A stretch of 45,763 nt of DNA from a candidate division WOR-3 bacterium (lineage in GTDB: Bacteria; Hydrothermota; Tepidihabitantia; SM23-42; CAYGYG01): the NCBI GenBank assembly GCA_965648915.1, contig CBFGIV010000015.1:1-45763 (forward strand), written 5' to 3'. A program made the position numbers and the translations under genes. Under the pieces are notes generated by a model. The model was not told the origin of the DNA and made no database searches. It was given only the letters and a program-made list of their open reading frames with translations. Below are positions 9,290 to 18,658 of this stretch, piece by piece. Position 1 is the first letter of the stretch. Every line of letters begins with the position of its first letter.

Positions 9290-10555
9290 TTAGATTATTG
9301 AAAAGCCAACTCTGCACGCATAATAATACATTGTGATGCAGATAAATAACTCAGCGGTTAGATATGAAATAGAGGTGCCAACATGTTTAAGAAAGGGAAC
9401 GCTAATGATTGCTAAAAGTATATTCAAAATTCCGCCTATTATAAGAATATTCATAAAGATACGCTTCTGATTTGTATTAAGCAAAATCTGTGTCCCAAAG
9501 ATATTATCAAGAAATATGCTTAATGGTAGTAACGACAACAATCGAAGCACAATGCCTGAATGAGAATAGGCGTGGCCCAAAGTAATGTTAACTATTTGTG
9601 GTGCAAAAATAAAAGTTAATATTGAAACGATAAAGAATATGGAACCGAAGATTTTTAAAACCTTTCGTAAAAACACAAAAGCCATGTCTCTTGATGAAAC
9701 GAATAATTTACATACAAAAGGATAAATGGTGGTCGAAATAGGAACTGATAAATTGATTATTGCTTTTATAATTCTTTCAGCGGCTGCGAAATAAGCAACA
9801 ATTGTATTATTGGTAAATATCCCTAATATGAAAATGTTTGAATTAGTAAACAGAGAGACACTTAGTTGAGACGCAAAGATATACCAGCCCTCTTTAAGCT
9901 CCTCTAAAATACTCTTCCAATCGGGTAAAATAAAATGTATCTTAAAATTATAAAACAAAACAATTATTGAAATAAATCCAATTGTAACCATACTCAACGC
10001 TCCTATCAATGGAACATAAATGTAATCTGATGGGCTTTTAATAATCGTAAATATCCCGACAATAAAAATAAGTCTTGACACAATGTTTAATAAAGTAATG
10101 TACTTCATTTTTTCTAAACCCTGAAAGAAAAAAATAGGGAAAAAAATATTACCAACTACAGAGATAAATGTAAAGTAGTAAATTTCCCATTCAACTTTAA
10201 ATTTGTTGAAATTAAAGATAAGCAATGATAGTATTATAAAACTAATGGTTAATAAAATTAATTTAATTACAATTATTGTGCTAAAAATTTTAGAAATTTT
10301 CTCTTTATCATTTCTGACAATAGATATTTCTTGAGTTCCAGAGAGATTAAATCCATAATCAGTCAGAATTATAAAATAATTTATTAGAGATTGAGCGAAA
10401 GCAATAAGACCGAATTTATTTGGGCCAAGAACTCTAACCAGGTATGGCAGGGTTATTAATGGCAGTATGTAATTTGCTGCTTGTAGCACAGATAAGGAAA
10501 TAAAATTTTCTAACAATCTTTTTCGTTCAATAGGATTCAGCAACATTTTTGCCAT
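9290..10555 (-). CDS. wzx: Wzx/RfbX-type polysaccharide flippase
   Basis: LPLITLPYLVRVLGP..FG, DYGFNLSG, FFQGLEKMK; many TM segments. Confidence 0.92.
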   Translation of the reverse strand: MAKMLLNPIERKRLLENFISLSVLQAANYILPLITLPYLVRVLGPNKFGLIAFAQSLINYFIILTDYGFNLSGTQEISIVRNDKEKISKIFSTIIVIKLILLTISFIILSLLIFNFNKFKVEWEIYYFTFISVVGNIFFPIFFFQGLEKMKYITLLNIVSRLIFIVGIFTIIKSPSDYIYVPLIGALSMVTIGFISIIVLFYNFKIHFILPDWKSILEELKEGWYIFASQLSVSLFTNSNIFILGIFTNNTIVAYFAAAERIIKAIINLSVPISTTIYPFVCKLFVSSRDMAFVFLRKVLKIFGSIFFIVSILTFIFAPQIVNITLGHAYSHSGIVLRLLSLLPLSIFLDNIFGTQILLNTNQKRIFMNILIIGGILNILLAIISVPFLKHVGTSISYLTAELFICITMYYYACRVGFSII

Positions 10556-10628
10556 AAAATCGGTGGAACATTTTATATTTCAATCTTGTAAAATTTTGAT
10601 ATTATTGATTTATTCAAAAAATAACAAT

Positions 10629-13082
10629 TTAAGTTTCAGTAAATAAGGACACATTATTTTTCTCTACGAAAAAGCAAAATTTATAAAGTATGCCTATGAG
10701 TACCCAGAAGATTGCTTTATACGCCCAGCCCTCAAGCGTGGGTTCAAAAAGTTGGTTAATAATCGCAACTACAAATGATGTAATGAAACCTGCGCTAATA
10801 TATTTTACCCCACGAGCATTTTTTGTTTTTCCCCAGATTTTTTTTACAACTGAACCAATTTGACTATATATAGCAATTATTAACAGTAAGGCAAAAATAC
10901 CGGATTCCGATGCAGTCTTTAATAAAAAATTATGAGGGTTAGGATCACCAATTCCAATCCCCGGCACATCATACGTAAGGGCATTATTGAGCCCAACACC
11001 GGTTAAAGGGTATTTTAAAAAAAACCGTAATGCATCATTCCACATATTAAATCTTCCTAAAATAGCAAGTTCTCCAGCAGCAGATTGAAATCTTAAAAGA
11101 TAAATTTTTACCAATGGATTAAAAAGTAGAAATCCTAAAACAATAATACAAATCGTTCCTAAAGTAATGATTTTATTCCTGCTGATTAATAAAGAGAATG
11201 TAATTACTGATACGATAAGACAAATAAACCCTCCCCTGGACATAGTTAATATTAATGAAAAGCATATTGCAATAAGAGTGATTAAATTTAAAATTTTCAA
11301 AAATTTATTATTATGAGTTAAGAACAAAGATAAACCAATTGGTAAGAATAAATTTAAGAATGCTGCCAGATAATTAGTAGAGCCAAGGGGTATATCAGTG
11401 ACTCTTCTTAATAAGGCTGCTTCAAATATATTAAACCCCGAAGAAAAAAAACTTCTAAGCATCAAAAAACTTAAAAATAAACCAAGGAGGGAAAAAGTTT
11501 GAAGCATTATTTTGACTTTTTTGTGAGTATTTAATAGATCGCGTGTCAATATATAGAGTGTTAGAGATAATAAAATACTAAAAAAACCTCTAAGATAATT
11601 ACCGATATCTGATACAAAGATAATCCCTGGCAGGCACGAAATTACATATAAAAAAATTGTTAAGTCAAATTTAGTGAAACTCACTTCAGTTTCACCTTTT
11701 AATAATCGTGTAAGTATTCTGAGGAATAAAAAGATTGCACAAAGTAGGGCATAGATTTTAATTCCGGATGCTGGCTGTAAAATAATTATAAACAAAATAG
11801 ATATGAGAATAAAAAAAGGAATAATGATAAAAGTCATAAAAATGATAATAAATATGAAGATTAATACAAGTAGTAGACCTGGTAGGGGGAAAAAAGGATG
11901 AATCAAATAGGATAGAGAGATTATCAAATTGAACATAAATATAAACCAGAATAATTTTGTCCTCCAATTTTGTTCATCGATTTTGGGAAAAAAGTTTTTG
12001 ATAGCCAGCGCGGTCCCCATAGATAATAAAGTCCCGGTTGTAGATATTAGAAGTAATATACAAATTAATTTAATTAAATTGGGTTCATCCGGTTGTGTTA
12101 CGGGTTTCGCCGAATCTAATATATTGATAATGAATAAATTATTTTTCGTGTGGACTTTGCAAATTTCATAAGTTGTAACCAGATATGTATAAATTGAAGA
12201 GAGATTTTTAATTTGATAGTCTAAGTGGTTATAATTATTTATCAAATCGGGTAGTTTTTTATAGGAAAAGACTTGGCTAGGATCATCTTCTAACTTTTTA
12301 ATTTCTTTATTTAAAGCGGATGTCTCATATTTAGTAATAATGTATAAAGGATTTTCACTGGTTAAATATGAAGCCAACTGATGAGATTTAAGTTTTTTAT
12401 CGATAGCATTAAATTGTAAAGCATAATATTGCTTAATGAAATTATTTACTGTTAATGAATCAATAATACCATTTTGAATGCAAAAATTTTTCAGAGAATC
12501 TTCGGTGGTTGAAATAGAATATCCCAAGTCATTAATCGTTTGCTCAAGGTAATTTGATACCCTTTGCAATGAGAATAATTGAGCGGTTTTCAAAAACAAA
12601 TCAGTTTCCTTAATAAGGGCATTGATAATTTGGGCCGACAATAAAGCATTGGTAGTGCGTATCCGTATAGTTATTATTCCTTCACTGGAGAAACTTATTT
12701 TTACCGATTTTCTTAAAGATTTTACCGCTTCTTCCATATTTCTATTCTTAATTTTGAAATAGTCAAAAAGATTGCACTCTTTGACGACTTTTTCCAATAC
12801 ACTTCTGCTTCTGGCAATGGCAATTAGCATTTCTGGTAAGATTGGTTTTTTTCTTTTCAATTTAAATATTTTACCACCGGTTGGATTATCAACATCAGAA
12901 AATCTGGGTGCGTAGTGTAGCCCAATATCCTGTTTGGGTATATATATCTTAGCTTCACTTTGATATCTACGAGGAAGTAAAAAAGTATAGAAATTGAGGC
13001 CAATTAATAAAGAAATAAGAATATTGAAGTATATAATCTTACGCCAATAAATAATGATTTCTTTTACAATGTTTATCAGCAT
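10629..13082 (-). CDS. Fusion of a Wzz/GumC-like co-polymerase (N-terminal ~365 aa) and an O-antigen ligase/polymerase (Wzy_C) domain
   Basis: N-part: TM, YQSEAKI, coiled coil, INILDSAKP..PDEPN, TM. C-part: multi-TM with STNYLAAFL, TMSRGG, RFNMW...PLTGVG, PHNFLL..ASESG. Confidence 0.85.
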   Translation of the reverse strand: MLINIVKEIIIYWRKIIYFNILISLLIGLNFYTFLLPRRYQSEAKIYIPKQDIGLHYAPRFSDVDNPTGGKIFKLKRKKPILPEMLIAIARSRSVLEKVVKECNLFDYFKIKNRNMEEAVKSLRKSVKISFSSEGIITIRIRTTNALLSAQIINALIKETDLFLKTAQLFSLQRVSNYLEQTINDLGYSISTTEDSLKNFCIQNGIIDSLTVNNFIKQYYALQFNAIDKKLKSHQLASYLTSENPLYIITKYETSALNKEIKKLEDDPSQVFSYKKLPDLINNYNHLDYQIKNLSSIYTYLVTTYEICKVHTKNNLFIINILDSAKPVTQPDEPNLIKLICILLLISTTGTLLSMGTALAIKNFFPKIDEQNWRTKLFWFIFMFNLIISLSYLIHPFFPLPGLLLVLIFIFIIIFMTFIIIPFFILISILFIIILQPASGIKIYALLCAIFLFLRILTRLLKGETEVSFTKFDLTIFLYVISCLPGIIFVSDIGNYLRGFFSILLSLTLYILTRDLLNTHKKVKIMLQTFSLLGLFLSFLMLRSFFSSGFNIFEAALLRRVTDIPLGSTNYLAAFLNLFLPIGLSLFLTHNNKFLKILNLITLIAICFSLILTMSRGGFICLIVSVITFSLLISRNKIITLGTICIIVLGFLLFNPLVKIYLLRFQSAAGELAILGRFNMWNDALRFFLKYPLTGVGLNNALTYDVPGIGIGDPNPHNFLLKTASESGIFALLLIIAIYSQIGSVVKKIWGKTKNARGVKYISAGFITSFVVAIINQLFEPTLEGWAYKAIFWVLIGILYKFCFFVEKNNVSLFTET

Positions 13083-13110
13083 TGTTTATGAGATATCTAA
13101 ATACCGGGGG

Positions 13111-14340
13111 TCACTTTTTAATTAAAGAAACAAATTTTAAAGACTTACCAAAGTCCTGTTTTAGAATTTTAATCATCTCATATAAAGCGCTAAAAACAAC
13201 GTTTATTTTTTTTGATTTAAGTGAGCTCTCCTTAATAATGCTGTATGTTAAGGATACGCAAATACCAACAGTAATAAAAAGTAATATGATTAGAACTCTT
13301 TTGGGCCAAATTTTTCTTTTTGGTGGCACCGCATAATCTAATACAGTTATTGCTGGTGTATCTCGTGCTTCTAATATTTTTGCCTGCTCATACTGCTGCA
13401 TCAAAAGGCCATATATGCTTTCCATTACTTTTAATTCACGATATTTTCTAACATATTCTGTTCCAATTTCAGGTAAATTCTTAAAAGAGACGGCAAAACC
13501 CACGCCAAATCCATTCCCAACTTGACTTCTGGATTCGATGTCCGCCAAACTTTTCTTTATTGCATCAATCTCATTTTTAATCCCAGATACGTAGGGATTA
13601 TCCGAGCTGGCGTAATTTTGTGAAACAGTAATTTCCACTTCTTTTCTGATAAGTTCAGTCTTTAGTTTAACATAATTTTCTATGGCTGCTTTGGTTTCAT
13701 TATCCAGCGCAATAACTTTATATCTTTTCTGAAAAGTTTTCAAAGATTCTTCAGCTGCTCTTAAATTTCTTTCGACATCGGCAAGTCTCCCTTCAATAAA
13801 AATTCGAGTATTTTTGCCTTTAGTCATATTTGAGATTCTCATAAAATTATCTAATTCATTAATATATGTATTAGCAATTTTGGCTATGAGATAGGGAGAT
13901 TTTCCTTCTACCTTTATTTGAATCACTCCTTCAGTTAATATGGTTATAGTTGTGATATTATTCAAGCGTTTAATTGCGTCTTCCATATATTTTGTTTTGA
14001 AAATTCTCATTAAATCACACTTTTCAACCACCCTCTCAGTAATTGTCCGACTTAGGAGGATTGCACGCATTGTTTCTAATGTCGTAGGAGCAATTCCAGC
14101 CATTCCCGCCATACGAGCTAACGATCTCATTTGTGTTGCTCCACCCAGAGACTGGAGAACAGACGATAACCCCAATAAATCTGTTTCTTCCACCGGTGGT
14201 AAAAGCTGGGCAGTTGCACGATATTTGTTGGGTACTATAAGACTTAAAATTATCGAAAATGCTATAAAACCTGCGGTTACCCGATAAAATACCTTTCTAT
14301 ATTTTATTATTATTTTTAGATATTCGATTAAAGTTTCCAT
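13111..14340 (-). CDS. Wzz/GumC-like chain-length determinant, no tyrosine kinase domain
   Basis: N-terminal TM, YRATAQLLPP, long coiled coil, ITVLDYAVPP.RKIWPKR, C-terminal TM; no Walker A. Confidence 0.88.
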   Translation of the reverse strand: METLIEYLKIIIKYRKVFYRVTAGFIAFSIILSLIVPNKYRATAQLLPPVEETDLLGLSSVLQSLGGATQMRSLARMAGMAGIAPTTLETMRAILLSRTITERVVEKCDLMRIFKTKYMEDAIKRLNNITTITILTEGVIQIKVEGKSPYLIAKIANTYINELDNFMRISNMTKGKNTRIFIEGRLADVERNLRAAEESLKTFQKRYKVIALDNETKAAIENYVKLKTELIRKEVEITVSQNYASSDNPYVSGIKNEIDAIKKSLADIESRSQVGNGFGVGFAVSFKNLPEIGTEYVRKYRELKVMESIYGLLMQQYEQAKILEARDTPAITVLDYAVPPKRKIWPKRVLIILLFITVGICVSLTYSIIKESSLKSKKINVVFSALYEMIKILKQDFGKSLKFVSLIKK

Positions 14341-14348
14341 ATATTCAA

Positions 14349-14376
14349 AGTATACTGACTTCTAGTTAAAAGTCAA
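14349..14376 (-). promoter_or_regulatory. sigma70-type promoter, leaderless or near-leaderless
   Basis: TTGACT-N16-TATACT, 8 nt before ATG 14340; no SD. Confidence 0.72.
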
Positions 14377-14377
14377 C

Positions 14378-15514
14378 TTATAATAAGGTAAGGCTATTTT
14401 TTAAGTTATTGTGAGTTATTGCTTGTTTTATATATAGCGATGATTTCCCATCTCCAAATGGGTTTTTGATATGGGACATTCGACTGTATAATCGCTTATT
14501 ATTTAATAATCTAAAGGTTTCGCGGAGTATACGATTTCTATCCATCCCGACGATTCTTGAAGTGCCGGCTTCGATTGCTTCGGGACGTTCGGTGACTTCT
14601 CTTAAAACCAGCACTGGTTTGCCTAAAGAAGGGGCCTCTTCCTGAATTCCTCCTGAATCAGTGAGGATTAGATAGGCATTTTTCATTAAGTGGCAGAAGA
14701 GATCATATCGAACCGGTGGAATGAGGTGGACATTCTTTAACTTACCGAGCATCTTATAGGCTAAGATCTTAACATTGGGATTGGGATGGACCGGATAGAT
14801 TATCTCTACATCCTTTCTTTTTTCAGCAATCCTGTGAACTGCCCTGAAAATCTCAACTATTGGTCTGCCAAAACTCTCCCTGCGGTGGCAGGTGAGAAGG
14901 ATTATCTTTTTATCCGGTCTTATCTTTTCCAAAACCGGTATCTTGATATTTTTGGTTTTTCTCAAGATATAAAAGAGCGCATCGATAACTGTATTACCGG
15001 TTACAAAGATATTTTTAGCCGGGATCCCTTCTTTCAATAGATTTTCTCTGGCTCTTTTTGTAGGTGCAAAATGGTAATCTGCAATTACCGTGGTTATTCG
15101 ACGATTTATCTCTTCCGGAAATGGTGCATACTTGTCGTTGGTTCTTAAGCCTGCTTCAATATGACCAACCTTTATTTTAAGATAATAAGCGGCAAGAGCG
15201 GTTGCCATCGTTGTTGTCGTATCTCCCTGAACCAGAACAATATCGGGTTTTTCCTTCAACAAAACCGGCTTTATCCTTTTCAAAACCAGCTGAGTTACTT
15301 CAAAAGGCGACTGATTTTCCTGCATAATATTTAAGTCATAATCCGGTTTTATATTAAATAAATCGAGAAGGTCATCAAGCATCTGCCGGTGCTGGGCTGT
15401 TACACAGACAACGGTTCTGAATTTTTTTGGATGCTTTTTCAATTCCATAACTACCGGTGCCATCTTTATTGCCTCGGGTCTTGTACCAAAGACGATGAAT
15501 ACCTTCTTAACCAA
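14378..15514 (-). CDS. wecB: UDP-N-acetylglucosamine 2-epimerase (non-hydrolysing)
   Basis: GTRPEAIKMAP, QGDTTT, HIEAGLRT, PFPEE, TDSGGIQEEA, NPFGDG; TTG start with SD AGGAGAGGA. Confidence 0.97.
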   Translation of the reverse strand: MVKKVFIVFGTRPEAIKMAPVVMELKKHPKKFRTVVCVTAQHRQMLDDLLDLFNIKPDYDLNIMQENQSPFEVTQLVLKRIKPVLLKEKPDIVLVQGDTTTTMATALAAYYLKIKVGHIEAGLRTNDKYAPFPEEINRRITTVIADYHFAPTKRARENLLKEGIPAKNIFVTGNTVIDALFYILRKTKNIKIPVLEKIRPDKKIILLTCHRRESFGRPIVEIFRAVHRIAEKRKDVEIIYPVHPNPNVKILAYKMLGKLKNVHLIPPVRYDLFCHLMKNAYLILTDSGGIQEEAPSLGKPVLVLREVTERPEAIEAGTSRIVGMDRNRILRETFRLLNNKRLYSRMSHIKNPFGDGKSSLYIKQAITHNNLKNSLTLL

Positions 15515-15615
15515 GTTAAATCCTCTCCTTCAAATCGTAATTTTGAATCCTTTTGATTTTAACTGTCGGTCGAGGAATCAACTTAATCATCCGATTAATT
15601 ACTTCCAATCTCTAC

Positions 15616-16908
15616 CTACAACTTTGATAGAGTTAGATAGGAGATCAAAATTGTCGTTGCGACACTGGCAATCTGGAGATAATCCTGCCAGAACTTAAAT
15701 GTCACTCTCGGAACAAAAATCTCATCGCCCGGTTCAACAACTGGATTATCTCTGTAGGAGAATTTTTTCTTTCCCCTTTTTAATTTAGAACCTTTAATCT
15801 TAGGATATTGATCCCCGGTCGTCTTAACGCCCGCCATTGCGATATAATCACTCATTCTTAAATTGGGCTGGTATGGATATGGTCCGGGATTGGCAATCTC
15901 GCCCATAACATAGACATAAGAATTCTTGGGTGGTATAACAAGGATATCACCATTGATTACTTCGATGTCCTTCTCCTGGTCTCTATCGATCAATATCTTA
16001 TAGAGGTCGATCGGGATCTTCTCCCGATTAATACTACCAGGCTTCAGTCGATCAATATATCCTGCATTCAGATCAGCCCAGGGTGTGACCCCACCGGCCC
16101 GTTTAATCAAATCAGAAATCCGGTCGCCTTCTTTTATCTCGTAGATACCCTCGGACACCCTTTCCCTTTCAGTCGTCATCGCCGATACTCTGAGTTCATA
16201 AGCACCTCTTCCAAATATTGCTCCTTTGACCGTAACCATCCCTTTAATTGATGGAACAATTATCAGATCACCATCCTGGACATAAGGATTTACACCGAGG
16301 TCCCCCGATGTCTCGAATTTTTCGATATCCACATTTACTTCCGTCTTATCGGAACGAATCAGTTTGATGTTGCTCCTTGAACCGATTGCGGTAACCCCGC
16401 CCGCCCGTTTGACTATTTCAGAAATCCGATCAACCGGATAGGCATTGACAATACCCGGGTAGCGAACTTCCCCCGAGACAAAGACATTAAAAGTTCGCAT
16501 CCCAACAAGCGTGAGGTCGACTGAGACATTTTTGAAATATTTACTAAATACCCGGGTTAAAGAATCCTCTGCCTGCTTGATCGTTAATCCGCTTATCTTA
16601 ACTGCTCCTATGGTTTCGGTCTTTCTTGTCTCACCCAGGACCGGCGAATAGGTAACACCAACCGGTAAAACAATGATCGCCTTGCCTTCATAACTTACTG
16701 TGAATGGATAGGTGTAATGAGTCCCTCCTGAAATATGGGTAAGACACTCATCACCGGGCATCAAGACATATTCATCAGAAATCACCGGCCGATCGAGAGC
16801 GCCCTGAGCAACACCAGTTTGAGCAGATGTCGGGGCTATCGAGCCACCGGTTCCGGTTCCACCAACTACTTGGTTAAATAAAAAAAATCCCAAGACTAAT
16901 TGAAACAT
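15616..16908 (-). CDS. Polysaccharide export protein with repeated SLBB domains (Wza/KpsD-like)
   Basis: Signal-like N-terminus; YVLMPGD; three SLBB-like repeats (VSGEVRYPG..AGG, VKGAI..AGG, VMGEIANPG..DEIFVP). Confidence 0.88.
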   Translation of the reverse strand: MFQLVLGFFLFNQVVGGTGTGGSIAPTSAQTGVAQGALDRPVISDEYVLMPGDECLTHISGGTHYTYPFTVSYEGKAIIVLPVGVTYSPVLGETRKTETIGAVKISGLTIKQAEDSLTRVFSKYFKNVSVDLTLVGMRTFNVFVSGEVRYPGIVNAYPVDRISEIVKRAGGVTAIGSRSNIKLIRSDKTEVNVDIEKFETSGDLGVNPYVQDGDLIIVPSIKGMVTVKGAIFGRGAYELRVSAMTTERERVSEGIYEIKEGDRISDLIKRAGGVTPWADLNAGYIDRLKPGSINREKIPIDLYKILIDRDQEKDIEVINGDILVIPPKNSYVYVMGEIANPGPYPYQPNLRMSDYIAMAGVKTTGDQYPKIKGSKLKRGKKKFSYRDNPVVEPGDEIFVPRVTFKFWQDYLQIASVATTILISYLTLSKL

Positions 16909-16914
16909 AGGGTA

Positions 16915-16942
16915 ATTCTATCCAAAAATCACACTGAGTCAA
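16915..16942 (-). promoter_or_regulatory. sigma70-type promoter, leaderless
   Basis: TTGACT-N16-TAGAAT, 6 nt before ATG 16908. Confidence 0.72.
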
Positions 16943-17016
16943 GTATTAAAGACATTCTGCAAAAGGAACTTTATAAACAACTATTTCCCTAAATCGTTCT
17001 TTTTACTGTAAATCAA

Positions 17017-17090
17017 TGGGCCTAAGTGGAATCGAACCACTCACCTCCCGCTTATCAGGCGGACGCTCTAACCAACTGAGCTATAGGCCC
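17017..17090 (-). tRNA. tRNA-Ile (anticodon GAT), CCA not encoded
   Basis: GGGCCTATAGCTCAGTTGGTTAGAGCGTCCGCCTGATAAGCGGGAGGTGAGTGGTTCGATTCCACTTAGGCCCA folds as a cloverleaf; anticodon loop CT-GAT-AA. Confidence 0.97.
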
Positions 17091-17103
17091 AAAATCCGAA
17101 CTT

Positions 17104-17131
17104 AATATACTCAAAATATGAAAGTTGTCAA
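17104..17131 (-). promoter_or_regulatory. sigma70-type promoter for tRNA-Ile
   Basis: TTGACA-N16-TATATT, 13 nt upstream of the tRNA 5' end. Confidence 0.7.
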
Positions 17132-17148
17132 CTATAAGTATTCAAAAA

Positions 17149-18555
17149 TCAGAGGCCAAAAAAGTATCTTATTCGATCAAACAGGTTCTTTCTGGCTTTT
17201 GCTTCTTCTTCCCGGGTTAACGGTTTTCTCTTTGCCTCAAGATCCCTCTGCCGCTCAACCAGCAGTTTACTCAAAGATTCGGTTAGAGATGGGTTTTTTA
17301 ATAATATCTCTCTAAATGTCTTTTTATCGATAAGAATAAGATCGAGTGGGGTTTTAGCCCGGACGGTCGCTGATCGCCGGGCACCGGTCAAAAGGGACAT
17401 TTCGCCGAAGACCGAGCCGTTCCTTAAGATAGTAATATGCTGTTCTGTGTCTCCATCGCCAATATGAAGAACTTCGGCTTCACCACAGGTTATCACATAG
17501 AGGCTATCACCTTCATCGCCCTGATGGACAACGGTCTCGCCAGCAGCATAGTGCTCAAAACGAGCTCGCCGTGCAATATATTTGATTTCCTCTTCAGAAA
17601 GGGCATTAAAGATTTCTATACGTCGAATAAATTCTTCTTTATTAATCTCTTTTGTTGATGCTGCTTCTTTTAAGTATACGGTGCGAATCGGGAATGGTAT
17701 CTCAATACCTTTCCGTTGAAAAGTATACCAGATCTTAGAACCAACCGCATCCTCGACCTCAAGGTGTTCTTCATAGCGATCGATCCAGAAACGGAGTTCA
17801 TAGATAATTGCATGGTCGCCAAATTCAACCAGGTCAATATCCGGAGCAGGTGTCTTAAGCACTCGCTGGACATCGCGGGCTGCCTCAAGCAATGCTTCTT
17901 TTACAAGATCAGGGTCAGTTCCATAAGCCACGCCAACCCGGATCGAACGCCTGAGCAGAGGATCAGGATAGGAATAGTTGATTATCTCCTGTTTTGCAAC
18001 TATTGAGTTAGGCACAATGACCGTCCGATTATCGAGGGTTTTGATATAAACCGCCCGCCAGTTAATCTTAAATATCTTCCCGGTCTGATTGGCGATCGAT
18101 ACCCACTCACCAATCTTGAATGGTCTTTCAATACTGAAGACAATTCCATAAAAAAGGCTCGAAAGGATATCCTGAAGGGCGAAACCGACAATTGCGGTCA
18201 ATACGGCTGAAGAGACGATTAGCCCACTCAGTTTTACATGGAGGACCGCATTCAACATAACTAAGAAGATGACAATGATGAGAACTATTTCGAGCAGGTT
18301 AACTGGAAGAGAGGGCAGGGCAAATTTTATTGATAAGAGGCGATTGAGCAGACGGAGAATGAATAGTGCAGAAAGGATAAAGGCAATAAAATAACCTATC
18401 GGCTCAAACCTTATCGGTAGCCAGGGTAATAATGCCCAGATGATCGACAGGGGATGAAGGATGGTAGAGATGGAGGCTAATTCCTTAACCTTTCTTAAAA
18501 AGAATCGACCAATTTGAATTGCCGTAAATATTACAAGCGAATAGATAATGGTCAT
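17149..18555 (-). CDS. MscS-family mechanosensitive channel with C-terminal cyclic-nucleotide-binding domain
   Basis: GFALQDIL, RPFKIGEWV, VPNS, GIEIPFP (MscS); QGDEGDSLY, FGEMSLL..RSATV (cNMP). Confidence 0.93.
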   Translation of the reverse strand: MTIIYSLVIFTAIQIGRFFLRKVKELASISTILHPLSIIWALLPWLPIRFEPIGYFIAFILSALFILRLLNRLLSIKFALPSLPVNLLEIVLIIVIFLVMLNAVLHVKLSGLIVSSAVLTAIVGFALQDILSSLFYGIVFSIERPFKIGEWVSIANQTGKIFKINWRAVYIKTLDNRTVIVPNSIVAKQEIINYSYPDPLLRRSIRVGVAYGTDPDLVKEALLEAARDVQRVLKTPAPDIDLVEFGDHAIIYELRFWIDRYEEHLEVEDAVGSKIWYTFQRKGIEIPFPIRTVYLKEAASTKEINKEEFIRRIEIFNALSEEEIKYIARRARFEHYAAGETVVHQGDEGDSLYVITCGEAEVLHIGDGDTEQHITILRNGSVFGEMSLLTGARRSATVRAKTPLDLILIDKKTFREILLKNPSLTESLSKLLVERQRDLEAKRKPLTREEEAKARKNLFDRIRYFFGL

Positions 18556-18658
18556 AAATTATAAAGATGAAGAGAGTCTATGCAGTCAAACAATTTTAAT
18601 TAAAACCAACAAAAAGGCATTGCCGTCAGATTTAACTCTCTTTACAGAATTAGGTCAG

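Noticed and set aside
11758..11967. Alternative-frame 69-aa ORF at the Wzz/ligase junction, which might suggest a frameshifted separate gene
   Set aside because: Wzz and ligase motifs are in the same continuous frame; this ORF is a low-complexity shadow of a T-rich TM region
16945..17016. tRNA-Ile 3' end as integration site for the polysaccharide region
   Set aside because: No integrase and no duplicated tRNA 3' fragment seen; the adjacent export gene and wecB look compositionally core
17149..18555. MscS-cNMP fusion as a novelty
   Set aside because: Already described architecture (bacterial cyclic-nucleotide-gated MscS-like channels)
18558..18589. TTGACT...TATAAT upstream of the channel gene
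   Set aside because: The spacer is 20 bp and the -10 is only 2 nt from the ATG, so it was not counted as a promoter
18611..18626. GGC-AAT-GCC plus T-run as terminator of the serine operon
   Set aside because: Stem too short to support
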